From: Octopus sinensis
Lineage: Eukaryota
DNA: 45,023 nucleotides
Assembly: GCF_006345805.1 (NCBI RefSeq)
Contig: NW_021834849.1
Coordinates: 1-45,023, forward strand
Direction: 5' to 3'
The notes under the pieces were generated by a model. The model did not search any database and had not been told where the DNA came from. It saw only the letters and a program-made list of their open reading frames with translations. A program made the translations under genes and the position numbers. Within the stretch, counting starts at the first letter, position 1. The number at the start of each line of letters is the position of its first letter. Positions 1 through 13,647 of the stretch are shown here, in pieces.

Positions 1-915
1 CAAGCCTCGTTTCACATAATTCATTGTTTATTCCACAAGCCTGCACCAATGGAAATGTTGCATTTTGCTATAGAAATACATGCTTTAGTTCCGTTAGCAT
101 AAGTTGGTTACAATTCTGAAAACGGACTAGTCTAATTAACGATACACACCTCTCGTTCAATCTCCACATGAATTATCGGAAATGAAATGAAGTTTATACC
201 ATTTATGCAACTGAATACATTTGCTATAAAATACTTTGGTAAACATTGTGCAATTATCTTCAATGTAACTATTAGATAATATTTTCACCCGATATTCTAA
301 TATCTTTATTTGGTATTAGTACATTTAACAGCGTATAGCTAATGCTTCCTTCCAGTAGATGTTCTTAATTTTGGGGTATAGATCCATCCTACAGCTTTCA
401 GCTATCGAAATTGTGATTACATTTATAGTTGGAGTTAATCTTTATACTCATTTGTCGAAAACCTGTAATGTGGGATTTGGAAAAAAAGAATTTCTTAGAT
501 AAAATAGGAAATATCTACCAATGTTTGATTTTCAAACTTAACGCCGATCTTAACCAGTTAGGCTTCATATTACACTTTCTTCCGTTTTTTTTTTTTTTTT
601 TACTATTCACTATTTTTTCTTCTAGAACATATTCTGCTTCTTTTATAAATATCCTATTCAACTGAGAACATTGAAATGGCTTGTTGTGAAAGGCAGAGTC
701 GGAAATGTTCCTTCTGTGGTAGGGAAATTAGTACAATATTCTCATGTAGCCTTACAAATTGCTAATGATGTAAATATAAAGACCTAAGCATATATGCCAG
801 TTAAAGAATGATATGCAATTATAAAAATGTATAGGAAATTCTCTGACTCAACATCTCTCCCTCTTTCAATCTCTCTCCTCTCTCTCTCTCACCTTGCATA
901 TGTATATATACGTAC

Positions 916-953
<38 letters not shown>

Positions 954-974
954 TCACATATATATGTATATTCT

Positions 975-1030
975 TTTAGTCTTTACTTCTGCCACTCATT
1001 AGACTGCGATCATGCTGGGACACCATACAT
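975..1030 (-). mobile_element. SINE family S2, 3' remnant
   Basis: ctcattagactgcgatcatgctgggacacc resembles the S2 3' end. Confidence 0.45.
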
Positions 1031-1270
1031 GAAGAATTTGTTTGCTTCCTATCAATGTAATTGAGAAGCACACTACTCATGTATATATATATATATGACG
1101 GACGATGAAGACTACGTATGAATGTTCAACTTTTGTCGAAAGACCTGCACAAATGATTCCTTTGCACTGATCAAATGTTCGTTTCGCACATTAGCATACT
1201 CTCTCCATCAAATCGACGTTGTCCGAAATAGTGCATTGCTGAAAAACACAACGTAATAGCCAGTTTAAGT

Positions 1271-1332
1271 ATTGAAACCACGATCTTACAATCGTGAGTC
1301 CAACTCCCTTACCACTAGGCGATGAGCCCTCA
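1271..1332 (-). mobile_element. tRNA-like SINE head fragment (S3-like)
   Basis: Minus strand reads gcctagtggtaagggagttggactcacgattgtaagatcgtggtttcaat. Confidence 0.6.
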
Positions 1333-1398
1333 CACACTCACACACACATATATACATATACACACACACAAATATATATATATATATATATGTGTGTG

Positions 1399-1434
<36 letters not shown>

Positions 1435-1444
1435 TTATGTATAT

Positions 1445-1630
1445 AGTTAATCCAAACATGAACAAAGAGAAACATAACGCGAGGACTTGGAACATGTGTA
1501 GTGTTGTTGGAAGCTTAGGAAAGGAAAGAAAGAAGGGGGGTGTAACGTTCGGAGCGGAGCTCTTCGTCAGAAACATGGCAAAAGGAAGGTCCAAGGAAGG
1601 GAAGACGGAGAAAGAAAATAGCCAACGATC
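1445..1630 (-). mobile_element. HHR-bearing short repeat, family A copy 1 (Penelope-like pseudo-LTR-type)
   Basis: Its reverse complement aligns along its length with 23856-24043 and 5461-5590. Confidence 0.75.
1540..1574 (-). ncRNA. Hammerhead motif, family A, degenerate GAA
   Basis: Minus strand reads gttt CTGACGA a gagc-tcc-gctc CGA ACGT T acac. Confidence 0.6.
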
Positions 1631-1656
1631 TCTCTCTCTCTCCTTCTCTCTCTCTC

Positions 1657-1715
<59 letters not shown>

Positions 1716-2431
1716 TAATTGTATATATAAATATAATTAAAATATAATATGAAACTATACAGTGTGGCACTTTACATTGTACGTCGGTCAGAATTGGTTT
1801 CTTGCTTATATCGGGAGGGAACAAAAGGTAATTTTAAAACGTAATTAAAAAATATTGTTAAAGTATGAGGAAGCAGTATAAATGGGATGAGACCAGAACA
1901 TGAAAATGAAGAGGGAAAAAGAAGAGGGAAGAGGGGAGAGTGAGGAAGGGGATAGAGAGAAAGAGAGAGATAGGATGGGAGAGTCGAAGGGGGAGAGGTG
2001 GGGATTAAAGGACAGAAACACGATGAAATCAAAGGAGATGGAGAATTGGAAAAAAGGAAGTAGGAAGGTAGAGGAATGAAGCTAAACGAACAGCTGGAAG
2101 GAAGAAAGAAGATACTATATACAATTATTAGTAAACCCATAGTCACCAGTATCACGTTACAACTGATGGATGAAAGAATATTGCAGATTAGTACTACCGA
2201 CTAAATTAAAAAGACAAAAGGTATGAGGACAGGCTAAAAACATTTACTACGACTTTAACTAATGGCGACATGAAAATAATGTAAAATAAATTTTAAATAA
2301 TACCAGTATATGTATATATAAAGATATTAGCATATATACACGTATGTATGTTGCATATACAGCTATATGTATAATACACACATGCACACACACACACCAC
2401 AACACACACACACAACACAATATATATATAT

Positions 2432-2473
<42 letters not shown>

Positions 2474-3364
2474 GTATATATGTATGCATGTATGTATGTA
2501 TGTATATCTATAAATAAATAGATAACAACAGAAGGATAATATGCCATTTAAGTACAGCTGTTTCCAAGGAATTTGTAATTGATTAATGGAGACATTACGT
2601 TATTTGAAATATACATATATATATATATATTGAGTAGTTAAGGAATATACTGGCGATCAGCACATCAGCCACTCATGCAGGAATCTGGCTAGCATAGTGT
2701 TTAAATACTCGAAGGCTGATTAGTTATAATTCCTTCAATTTGAAAATGGAGAACTTCACCAATATATGACAATTATATAGAAATAGCATGTCATTATCCC
2801 AACAAAGTGAATAATGATTGATTTAATTGACGGAAAGGGAAGTCAAATCTTTGTTACTTATGTTTCGATAAATGAACGCAATTTATTTCATATTACATAG
2901 AAAATTATTTAATTCACTTATTCACACGTAATTTGAATTACAATCAACTTATGAGAGAAAACAAAAATGTGGGATGAATTTTCATTGCTTCAAAATGTAT
3001 CATCTTCTATACTATGCTGTCCGTCAGAAAAGATATAAGATTATTAATCAACGTAGCATACATACTACATTTCAAATCGTCTCCCTCTCAGTGATAACTT
3101 AGTCATAGAATAAGTTTGGCGATATTTTATCATCTTAACTGACAAGCCAGATAGTAGTCCCTGCTAATATTTTCTCATTATATGCTGGTTGTTTTACACT
3201 GCGTTCTCCAGATATGTAGTAAAAGTAACGCCATTCTTATGGGGTTTCGTAATGGAAGATTGCATGTGGATTTGTAGTTGGTTTTACGCTTAATATGTCA
3301 AAATGCTGTAGTATTAATATATTTATACACACACACGCACACACATATATATATATGCATGTAT

Positions 3365-3645
3365 ATATGGGTACAGGACGTCACCAACGGTGCAAATGAC
3401 ATCAATTACGTAAACAACGAGAAAAAATAGAAAACAAAGGCAAGTAAACACAGAGAAAAGATCTTTCATCAGCTGTCGGCTGTGTATCTACTCCTCATTT
3501 CTAGCATTCAACGTCAATATGAGTCTTCGAAGACTGTTGCTCCCATAAATTCTAAAATAAAATTCAGGATTTTTGGAGGATCGAATTTGGGAACAAAAAT
3601 ATGAGAGTGGAGACATGCAAGGAAACTGAATGAAAACGAACATGG
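3365..3645. repeat. Probable interspersed repeat of unassigned class
   Basis: Complex segment between microsatellites that resembles a repeat I recall from octopus sequence. No second copy in the window. Confidence 0.35.
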
Positions 3646-3803
3646 AGGGGCGTTAGATCAGAACGAGAGAGAAAGAGTGAACGCTGGGAGAAACATTATT
3701 TTGAAAAGAGAACAGATAGAAGAGAGAGAGAAAAAAAAGAACGCATCCTTTCTTTTGAACGTCCGTGCAAGAAAAGAATGATAGACGATGTTTACGTGTG
3801 AGC

Positions 3804-3807
<4 letters not shown>

Positions 3808-3848
<41 letters not shown>

Positions 3849-3858
3849 AAAAGGGAAA

Positions 3859-3899
<41 letters not shown>

Positions 3900-3900
3900 A
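3808..3900. repeat. (GA)n array with a duplicated gcgaaaaaggga spacer
   Basis: Seen directly in sequence. Confidence 0.9.
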
Positions 3901-4035
3901 AAAGGGAAAGAGCGAGAGAAGGAGAGAGAAAACGGTGAATATGGAAGGGCGGTGGAAAAAGGGAATTAGAGAAAAATGGAGGAAGAAAACAGCATAGAGT
4001 GGAGAGTCGCATAAAAACGGTGAAGATAAACTTAC

Positions 4036-4060
4036 TTGGAAATGGATGCATCGCGTTCAT
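4036..4060 (-). CDS. Candidate first coding exon of a minus-strand gene (MNAMHPFP, phase 1)
   Basis: The minus strand reads ccaccATGaacgcgatgcatccatttccaA|gtaagt: strong Kozak context and a consensus donor, followed by a pyrimidine/(CT)n-rich tract. No product recognised. Confidence 0.25.
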
Positions 4061-5142
4061 GGTGGGTGTATATTTGTCTGTCTGCTTCATGTGTTTGTTA
4101 GCCTGTGTGCCTAGTTGTGTGTGTGTGTTTGTCTGAGTGAACATATATATGCACCATGTATGTATACAAACACGTGAAGAAGTATTAACGACACGAGTGA
4201 GCTCTCGGTTTTCTGTATCATGGTTCCATTATATATTTTCCTACGAATACTTTCTAATTTCCAGGTGTTTTTAGAGCTATTGCCAACATTCGTAGACGTT
4301 GATAATCTCCTCTAATGGATGACGTGATACTAGATTGTGTTACTGTGTCTTTATACTAGACTAGGCCAATATCTCTTGTGTAGATATTACCAACATTGAT
4401 AATTAAATGCAAATTTCAGAAGGCAGGTGTCTGTTTTTTGTTTGTGATTAATGTTTTTTGTCTGTGTATATTTTAGAAAAGTACTTATATCATTTAAAGC
4501 TGTTTTATATATATATATATGATCACTCATGTTTTCCCGTATATTTTCGTTTTGTATTGTTTAGTGTATTTTCATTTGTACCTCTTTGGAAGTGAATGAT
4601 GTGTTGCTGGGGAGTCTTCTACTTTTACGGCCTATGCAACAGAGGTGTTGAATACCTTACAAATTTCGCACTATAAATTAAATTATAAAATAGATCATAT
4701 TTTATACTATAAACTTTTTTACCATTATATACTCTTGTGATTTGTCTATGATAAGGTCTTGTTCAACCTTGCTGTTATAGTCATCTAATAAGTTAAGAAA
4801 TAAATTAAGCAATTTATATCTTTTACATTAATAAATCATATAAATGTATGTGTGCGTGAGTACGTATACATTAATATGTGTGTAGAAACACACACACTCG
4901 CATATATACCTTTCTCCATCTCTGTATTTATATGGGTGTGTGTACGTGTGCGTGTATGTGTATAGATGGACAGATCGATGGGCTTTAATTGCAACGGATT
5001 CATGCAGTAAAGAATGAGTGCTCAATGTCTCACTTACATTGTAATATTTATTTGGCCTAAAAGAACCAAAGTTTTCGAATAACATGGGTTTCATAAGGAA
5101 CAAAATTTATATTCCCATCTGCCTGTCAACAGACGTTTTGTA

Positions 5143-5203
5143 ATGTTGCAACAGGCCTTATTCTTCCTATTTTTGTTGCTACTAATTTTTGCTCAGTATA
5201 CAT
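5143..5203 (+). CDS. Candidate signal-peptide exon (MLQQALFFLFLLLLIFAQYT)
   Basis: Acceptor-like ctgtcaacag ends at 5132 and ATG is at 5143, followed by a hydrophobic core. A weak phase-1 donor (T|gtttgt) is at 5204. T-rich intron sequence can mimic this by chance. Confidence 0.2.
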
Positions 5204-5460
5204 GTTTGTTGTAATATTCTGTGATCATGTCTGCATGCGTTCCTACAAAATAAATCATCTTCTGTGCGCGGGTACGTGAGCCTGAGAGTACCCATGCATG
5301 TTGGTCTGAATCTTGAATTGTTTTTTATGTTCCTTGCCCGCACATAGACACACTTACAGAAACACACATACACACACACATATCCACACACATATATATA
5401 AATACACAAATACACATGTAAGCGCGTATGCATGTTTGTATATGTAATCACATGTGGATT

Positions 5461-5590
5461 AGGTTAAGACGCTGAAGGAAGGAAAGAAAGGTTGTTCTAT
5501 GTTTCGAGCAAAGCTCTTCTTCAAAAACAGAAGAGGAAAGTCCAAGAGAAACGGAAGAGGGAGGGAAAAATCGTCAACAATCCACATGTG
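5461..5590 (-). mobile_element. HHR-bearing short repeat, family A copy 2, between inverted arms
   Basis: ggaaagaaagg...tttcgagcaaagctcttcttcaaaaac...gaaagtccaag...gaaaaatcgtcaac is homologous to 1520-1628. Confidence 0.7.
5494..5528 (-). ncRNA. Hammerhead motif, family A (C3U)
   Basis: Minus strand reads gttt TTGAAGA a gagc-ttt-gctc GAA ACAT A gaac. Confidence 0.6.
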
Positions 5591-6094
5591 ATTACATATA
5601 CAAATATGCATACGCGTGTACATGTGTATTTGTGCGTATGTGTGTGTGTGAGTGTGTGTATGTGTGTGTGTGTGCGCGTGTGTGTGTGTACCCTTATGAG
5701 GCATGAGAAGGTGGAATTGTCTACAATAACGTCTTATTGTACTTTGAACACAAGTGTATGACAACACTATCGAAACAACGAATGCTGTCACGGCATTGGG
5801 TCGCGAGAATGAGAAATGCGTTTCGTCTTGCTTGTAGTTTGTCAATAACTCAGTGACATGAAATATGACCTCGATATATAGGTAATAAGGAATAAGGTAG
5901 TTACTGACATTGTGGAGGTTTGCTGGATATTGAATGAAAAACAAATTACTAGATATGATGGTGTGGAATTATCTGTGTTTTTAACAAATTTAAGGGGAGA
6001 TTTTATCTCAAACCATTCCACATCATCATACTGACTAACGCTGTGTATACGTACCTAAATGTATGTATGTGTGTATGCGTGCAAATACATATAC

Positions 6095-6145
<51 letters not shown>

Positions 6146-6246
6146 TATGTATAAATATGTATATATTTATATATGTGTGTGTGTTTGTGTGTATATTTGT
6201 GTGTATATATATATACATATATCCATATGTATAAATATATATATAT

Positions 6247-6430
6247 GTTTATCGTTAGCCACTACGCACATTTTTCTCTCCTTGTTTTTTCTGTGTCCCT
6301 TTCTGTAGAAGAGCGTAGGCTCGAAACGTAAAATACTTTTTCTATTCCTGAGCATTATACTACTAATACATCTGTTTGTTTTGCACACCATCTGTCTTCG
6401 TCTTTTGTTTTTTTCGTAAACTCTCCCTAT
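6247..6430 (+). mobile_element. HHR-bearing short repeat, family B (related to A)
   Basis: Same layout as family A: cgttag..., pyrimidine tract, A-GAGC-loop-GCTC-GAAACGT, ttcctgagc, T-rich tail. Confidence 0.6.
6300..6333 (+). ncRNA. Hammerhead motif, family B (A6U)
   Basis: ttt CTGTAGA a gagc-gtag-gctc GAA ACGT A aaa. Confidence 0.58.
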
Positions 6431-6972
6431 ATATATATATATATATTCATATGTATAAATATATATATATTTATATATGTGTGTGATACATGTGTGTGTG
6501 TGTGTGTGAGCGTGTGTGTGTTAGCAATAATTATGACATTGTAGACTATGGAGGCTGGTTGGCTGGCTAGTAGATTCTCAACATTTTATCTTAATTTACA
6601 TTCTATACAGCATATTTTTATAATCGAGTGTTGTAAAAATATTCTGTATGAAATTGCAATATAAAAGGAAATAAATTTTGAGGATATACCAGCCGCCATA
6701 TTCTAAATCGTTATAATTATTGCTAATATACACTCCAGATGATATTACCATCCAAAGAAGCGAACAGAGAATTAAGGATTTACAGCTTGTGTGACAACTT
6801 CTAGTAGTTAGAGACGCTAAATACTATCCGATGATGTTAGCCGTAACCTGGAACATAACTGAGAGCCAGCACGGTATCGGCTCAGATAATATATGCCTCA
6901 GAACGTACACACACACACTCACGCACATACACGCACACATAAAAACACACATGCACACACACACACACATAC

Positions 6973-7033
<61 letters not shown>

Positions 7034-7074
7034 GGAGTAAACACATAAATGTGAAACAAAGGTGGAAAAAAGAG

Positions 7075-7286
7075 TACTCAAATACCAGTGGTAGAGTAAT
7101 ATGCTTTATTTAAAGCAGCAGAAAATTCAACAAAACCTGTCACTCTGAGTTTCCCGTTGCCGTTCATCGGACAGTTTTTGCTAGAATGGAACCGATATGT
7201 CAATTTTATCCAGACTAGTATAAACGCTACACCTTTGAAGAGTAACAGGTTTTGTTGAATTTTCTGCTGCTTTAAATAAAGTATAT
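7075..7286 (-). mobile_element. HHR-bearing fold-back element, family C
   Basis: HHR-like motif at 7137-7174 (-); inverted arms at 7099-7146 and 7239-7286. Confidence 0.65.
7137..7174 (-). ncRNA. Hammerhead motif (U4C, G at position 17)
   Basis: Minus strand reads ctgt CCGATGA acg-gcaa-cgg GAA ACTCAGAGT G acag. Stem I is perfect, stem II has a GNRA loop, and stem III is quasi-palindromic. Confidence 0.7.
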
Positions 7287-8042
7287 ATATATATTTAGTG
7301 ATAGACATTAATTCAGAGTAGTCAGATAAATTTTTTTTAAGCAGTCCTAGTTGAAAATTAAACAATTAGATGTACTCTCACTGAGAAAATAAAGAAAAAT
7401 TATCTGATAAATTGCACGTTCTGTTGGCGACTCACAAGACGATAAATGTTCCTTCATCTTTCTGGTAAAAAATTGATAAAAAAATTACTGCTATTATTTA
7501 TGTCAAACAATGATCCTGAAACCAAAAGCTAATTGTTTTCCTTTTAAGTAATGAATAGCAATGTGTACTTAGATTTCATTATTGTTCAAACAATATCATT
7601 ATCAACTGTAGTTTACTTAAATTTATCCTACGTTTCTAGCATGCAGTTTATTGTGATTCTGTTTTTAATAATATTCTAATCACATTGTCAAGGCGACTAA
7701 AGGAACATTGAAGAATTATGAAAGATCGTAAAGCTACGTTCTGCTCCTCCAACTATATATATATATATATATATAATATATATATATATATACATACTAA
7801 TATAGGGTGAAGTTTTTTTACAGAAAAAAATTTCATCAAAATCTATTAGATTAATTCCAAAATTGATTCAATATAGAAATAACGAACTCTTTTTTAAAAA
7901 ATTCTATTGACTAGCTTTCCTCGATTTCAGTACAACGTATTTCTGTAGTGGTTATATAATGATATGTGGAAATTGACGATTTAAAAGTCTGTTATCAGCA
8001 TATTGGCATAGAAATAATTTTCTTTTGCCCTTGTTTATAAGT

Positions 8043-8101
<59 letters not shown>

Positions 8102-8204
8102 ATATATCATGTATGTTGTATGTATCTGTATAAACGCATATACATAAATATATTCACTATCATTACCCACACACACTAATACGAACCTACTCACACACAC
8201 TTAT

Positions 8205-8500
8205 ATGTGGAATTTTTCGATGAAATTTGAACCCAGTACTTAAAACGTCGGGAAATGCCTCTAAGCATTTTTGTACGGCATGTTAAAAATGATGCCAATA
8301 ACGACCTGCCATAATAATAATAATAATAGTAATAATAATAGTAATGATAATAATATTTTCTCATTTTAGTACAGTCACTGTAAATATGAGGGGTGGAAAA
8401 GTCGATTACCAGGACCCAAAACTCAACTGGTAGTTATGTTATTGCCATCAAAATCATGAAATACAAATTCGACCTCCGAATTATGTGAACTCAGAATGCA
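8205..8500 (-). mobile_element. Two adjacent highly degenerate S1-related SINE remnants
   Basis: gaaatttgaaccc...ctaagcattt (about 8205-8310) and gtcgattaccaggaccc...ttcgacctccgaattatgtgaactcagaa (about 8360-8500). Confidence 0.5.
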
Positions 8501-8714
8501 TAGAATTCTCCGCTTTCGCAAATACAAATTATTTGAAATGTGAATGTGTGTGTTTGTGGGGGGGGACGTGTGTGTGCATATGCGTGTATGCGTATGCATG
8601 TGCGCGTGTGTGTGTGCTTGTGCGCACGTTTGTGTAACTACATGCACTTATAGATAGATAGAAATTATTATAGGTATAGACGTACAAACTCACACATATA
8701 CACATATATACAAA

Positions 8715-8915
8715 CATAGATAGGTAGACAGACAGACAGGCAGACAGTGAGACAGCCAGACAGACAGACAAATAGATAGAGACAGATAGATAGATAGATA
8801 GATAGATAGATAGGCAAGTAGCTAAGTATGTATGTATGTATGTAGGTAGGCAGGTAGGTATGTACGTTGGTAGGTAGGTAAGTAGGTAGGTAGGTAAGTA
8901 GGTAGGTAGATAGCT
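8715..8915. repeat. Compound tetranucleotide array (TAGA/CAGA/TATG/TAGG)
   Basis: Seen directly in sequence. Confidence 0.9.
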
Positions 8916-9019
8916 ATCTGTATCTCTCTACTCCCTATCTAACTTTCTACCTACATACTTAAATAACCAGCTAGCTAGCTAAGTTGCATTTAAATATATA
9001 AGCACGACACCCTTTGGTA

Positions 9020-9051
<32 letters not shown>

Positions 9052-9149
9052 GTATGTATATATATAATATTAAATATGCATATACATGTATATATACATA
9101 GATATGCATATGTATGCATGTATATATATATATAATGATATATATATAA

Positions 9150-9185
<36 letters not shown>

Positions 9186-10049
9186 ATGAAAATGTAAAGA
9201 TAAACACGCGCACACGCGTACACAGATACAAACTAATTTTTTTCCTAAATCTATATTCCTGTATAAACACGTTTCCTTTTTATCTATTATACTTGAGGAT
9301 ATGTGGCAAGGGATTCCACGAAGAAACTTTGACATGAAATGGTAATTAATTTTTTTTTTATTAGAAATAATACAATGTTTTGCTCTTATTATAAATAAGA
9401 CACATAGTGTTGATGCATTTGCCTGACAAATCATGAATAAAAACAAAATGACAGAGCATGCGTTCACAGATGTTTTCTTAGAGATAGGCTTTCACTTCAC
9501 AAATTCGAATAAAAATACAAGAAGCAAGGAGATACATATCTAGTTGTTATATTCACTTTACTTATTCTTACCTAGTCATATAAGAACACGATCGTTCACG
9601 GAAACGCACACGTGCACATGCACACCAGTACATGCATGCATTTATATACATGCATAAATGCATAATATATATGTATGTATATATATAAATAAACATATAT
9701 ATGTATATATATAAATGTATGTATATATATATGTATATATACGTATATATATATATATACGTATATGTATATATACTATGCGTACATATGTATACATGCA
9801 TGCATGTATGTATATATAAATATATATATACATACATACATAGACATATACTTTATGTATACTGTATATATGTACTTGTATATGTACGTTGTATGCAAAT
9901 TTTATATAATGTATGTATGTAGGTAGGTATCTATGTATGAATGAATGTATCTGTATATATATTATATATATATATATATATATGTAGTTATGTGTCAGTA
10001 TATATTTTGCAAGTAAGTACCCGATTGGAATGCATGGGAGAATATAAGG

Positions 10050-10099
<50 letters not shown>

Positions 10100-10407
10100 C
10101 GTGTGCGTATTACATGTTATTTTTAAGTGTTTGTCTATACTCACAATCGAAGAAAATGAAGAATGCACGTAGTTAAATGAAAGGCTGTTGTGTGAATATA
10201 AAAAAAAGTGAGAAAAGTTATGCTTACGTAAGCTTTTAATAGCACAATAGTTAGAAATCTTTCAATAATATTAGATATAAGTCACGAGTTACACTATAAA
10301 AAATCAAACTGCACAGAGATTTATTTTTTATTGTTTGTCCTTATTTTTACCGCTATCATTTATATTATCGTTGTTATTTTTGTTATTACCCTTACTGCAG
10401 TTATTTC

Positions 10408-10457
<50 letters not shown>

Positions 10458-10914
10458 CTCTGTCACCATCATCACTATTATTATTATGTTTTGTGTGGGG
10501 TTTTTTTATCAATTATATTCGGAAATTCTATCATCAATGTAATTGTATTATTTTCATGCATGACATATATTTCATAATGTTTTGCTCCGATATTATTCCT
10601 TAACATCTGTTTTAAACATGTTTCTTCTATTTCTTTATTACCCGTTCACTTTTCGCCTCTCTAGTAATCTTTTACTTTCAATTCATCTACCTTATCTATC
10701 TACATTATTTCTTTCTAGCTGTAGTTATATAATCATACATACGATTCTTCTCCTCTCTTTCTCTCTCTTCTCTCTCTCTCTCTCTCTCTCGTTTTATTTT
10801 ACTAGGTCCTTGACTGGTTTCGGTTTAGCAAGCATTGATTTACTTTAATTATTGTAACCAGCATACAATTATTTTGAATATTCGATATTTGATTCGTAAC
10901 GACATACATACATA

Positions 10915-10930
10915 TATACATACATAGATG

Positions 10931-10976
<46 letters not shown>

Positions 10977-11294
10977 GTATATATATATATGTATATATAT
11001 ATATGTATATATATGTATATATATATATGTATATATATATATATGTATATATATATATGTATATATATATATGTATATATATATGTATATAATATATGTA
11101 TATATATAATGTATATATATATATAATATATATATATATGTATATATATATATTATATATATATATATATGTATATATATGTATATATATACATATATAT
11201 ATATATTTATGCTTATATATGAATATAATATAAACAAACACGCACACACACATACACACACAACCGCACGCACACACACTACACACACACCACA

Positions 11295-11335
<41 letters not shown>

Positions 11336-11351
11336 CACATATATAATATAT

Positions 11352-11398
<47 letters not shown>

Positions 11399-11400
11399 AA
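10915..11400. repeat. Compound (TA)n/(TATG)/(CA)n microsatellite array
   Basis: Seen directly in sequence. Confidence 0.95.
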
Positions 11401-11734
11401 AAGATAAGAAAATGAAGAGTTGAGGATTATAGTTAATTTATTTGTATCATATTTTGTAGTTAAGTTTTGAATACGAATAAATTTTTTAAAGCACAAAATT
11501 TTTTAAAATAAGTTTATTTGTATCTAAAACTTAACCGCAGCTATGAGCTGAAACTACAGCAAAAATATAATAACTATACATCCTCTACTCTCCACTTTCT
11601 TACCTTATTAATTTTACATGTAATAATCCAAATATATCGTGAAGATTTTCTTCAAATATGATGGATATTAAACCAGTGAAAGTTTGGATTTATTAATCCT
11701 TAGTGAGTATATGACGTCCTTGAACTGACTCACT

Positions 11735-11748
11735 CACATATATATATC

Positions 11749-11794
<46 letters not shown>

Positions 11795-11812
11795 CACACA
11801 TATATATATATG

Positions 11813-11880
<68 letters not shown>

Positions 11881-11932
11881 GTATATATATATATGTATAT
11901 ATATATGTATAATATATATGTATATATATATG

Positions 11933-11988
<56 letters not shown>
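11735..11988. repeat. Degenerate (TA)n array
   Basis: Seen directly in sequence. Confidence 0.95.
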
Positions 11989-11989
<1 letters not shown>

Positions 11990-13262
11990 TGATTGCATTT
12001 GTCACAGCAAAATTGACAGCACTGTGTCTCCGTTTCGGAGAAAAGATAACTTACAAAATATTACATAGTTGGTGCACCGATTTATCTATCATATTTACTC
12101 ACTAGCGTGTATTCTCAACATGTGCATACACTCATGTCCAAACATCTATAGTAACAACGCCTATGCATACGACATCCGGTTTCATTCCATCAAAATTTGT
12201 CCATAGAATATTCTAATTCTTATATTTGTAACCGTATGCTTAGAAAGAGCAGATAATCAATAACATTGCTATAAACATGCTTGTTGCTGTATTCTGACAC
12301 TACTCTTTTCCATAGAAATATGGAGTGATTTGAAGCAACTCAGTTTGCTATCGTTAAATCGAGAATATCTGCATGGGGTTTTCCTTCAATGGTACATTCT
12401 GTTTAGTATAGAAACAGGAAAACTAATGAAAAACTGTATTTGTGCTACTATTTCTGCTTCGTTTTATACAGTAAAAAGTCAAGTCTAGCTAGAATTATCA
12501 TGTGATATAAACAATTTTATTTAAAACTATACACAGGATGAGAGCGATAAAATTTAAATAATCATTCTTACATTTATATGGAAGACAAAGTTCATTGTAC
12601 TCGACAATGTTAGTGATACAAAAGCCACTGGAGAAATGTAAAAGAATGCTGTAGAGAAACAGTAGCTGTGTCTCCTCTCCGAGAAATGAATCTGTATCAT
12701 GTATATATTTTGAAGTGATCGAATGACGTCCGTCAGAATATCTGCAGTTCAATAACTGAAATTCGTAAAATAAGAAGCAAGTGATGTAGAATATACACAT
12801 AGTATTAAGCATAATTTAGTATAGCCTTTCTAACCACGAACACGTAAATAACACAGATAAACAATACAATCCGTTTAGTGTAATATATTATTAAGACCAA
12901 ATTATCTATATATATATTCACTTATTAAAATAATATTTAGAACCAGATTTTCTAATTTGCTTTAACAATTACAATTTTACATGCAACTTTACACTTATAT
13001 CACATATTTACCAAATCAATGCTGTTCAAATCTTAACCAGCCAAACACCAATTCTAAGAGATGTTTATGTATGCATGCCATCATGATTGTTCTATAATTA
13101 TGTATATGCATTGAAGTAACGGTCATATTTAGAGTTTATTCAATCGAATCCCACTCTATTTTTATTCCCCTTCAATGAATCCTCCCCTTACAAACCCTCT
13201 TGTCCACAGTACCATGCATGCTTATATGGTTATATGGTTTAATATATATATATACATATATA

Positions 13263-13315
<53 letters not shown>

Positions 13316-13604
13316 ATGTCATGTAAATACGTTTGTTTGTACATATGGTCTGATCAGAACTCACGATTAAGAAGAGAATGGAGCATAAGTGTCCGTCATG
13401 AATGTGCGTGTGTGTGCGTGTACGTGTATGTACATTCCCTATATATTTTTATGTATATATGTATGTTTGTATTTATTCTATGTAAAAGCATCTATGTGTA
13501 TTGTATGAATTCTACACATTATATATATTTTCAAGTTATAATAGTATTTTTGTGCATACGTATACATACATACATACACACACACACACACGCACATATA
13601 TATA

Positions 13605-13647
<43 letters not shown>

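Noticed and set aside
676-765. Cys-rich mini-ORF MACCERQSRKCSFCGREISTIFSCSLTNC
   Set aside because: Only 29 codons, no recognisable domain and no IGFBP GCGCC motif; compatible with chance.
2554-2594. ACAGCTGT-TTC...ggagac resembling family D stem III and stem I
   Set aside because: The CUGANGA core is absent; at most an unrecognisable relic.
3467-3473. Minus-strand CTGATGA in the 3365-3645 repeat
   Set aside because: No stem II or GAAA follows, so no hammerhead can be folded.
6826-6860. CCGATGA followed by a gtta-gccg-taac hairpin
   Set aside because: It lacks GAAA and consistent stems I and III.
12316-12490. Acceptor-like cttttccatag followed by an open frame (IWSDLKQLSLL...)
   Set aside because: No homology or domain recognised, and the donor is weak.
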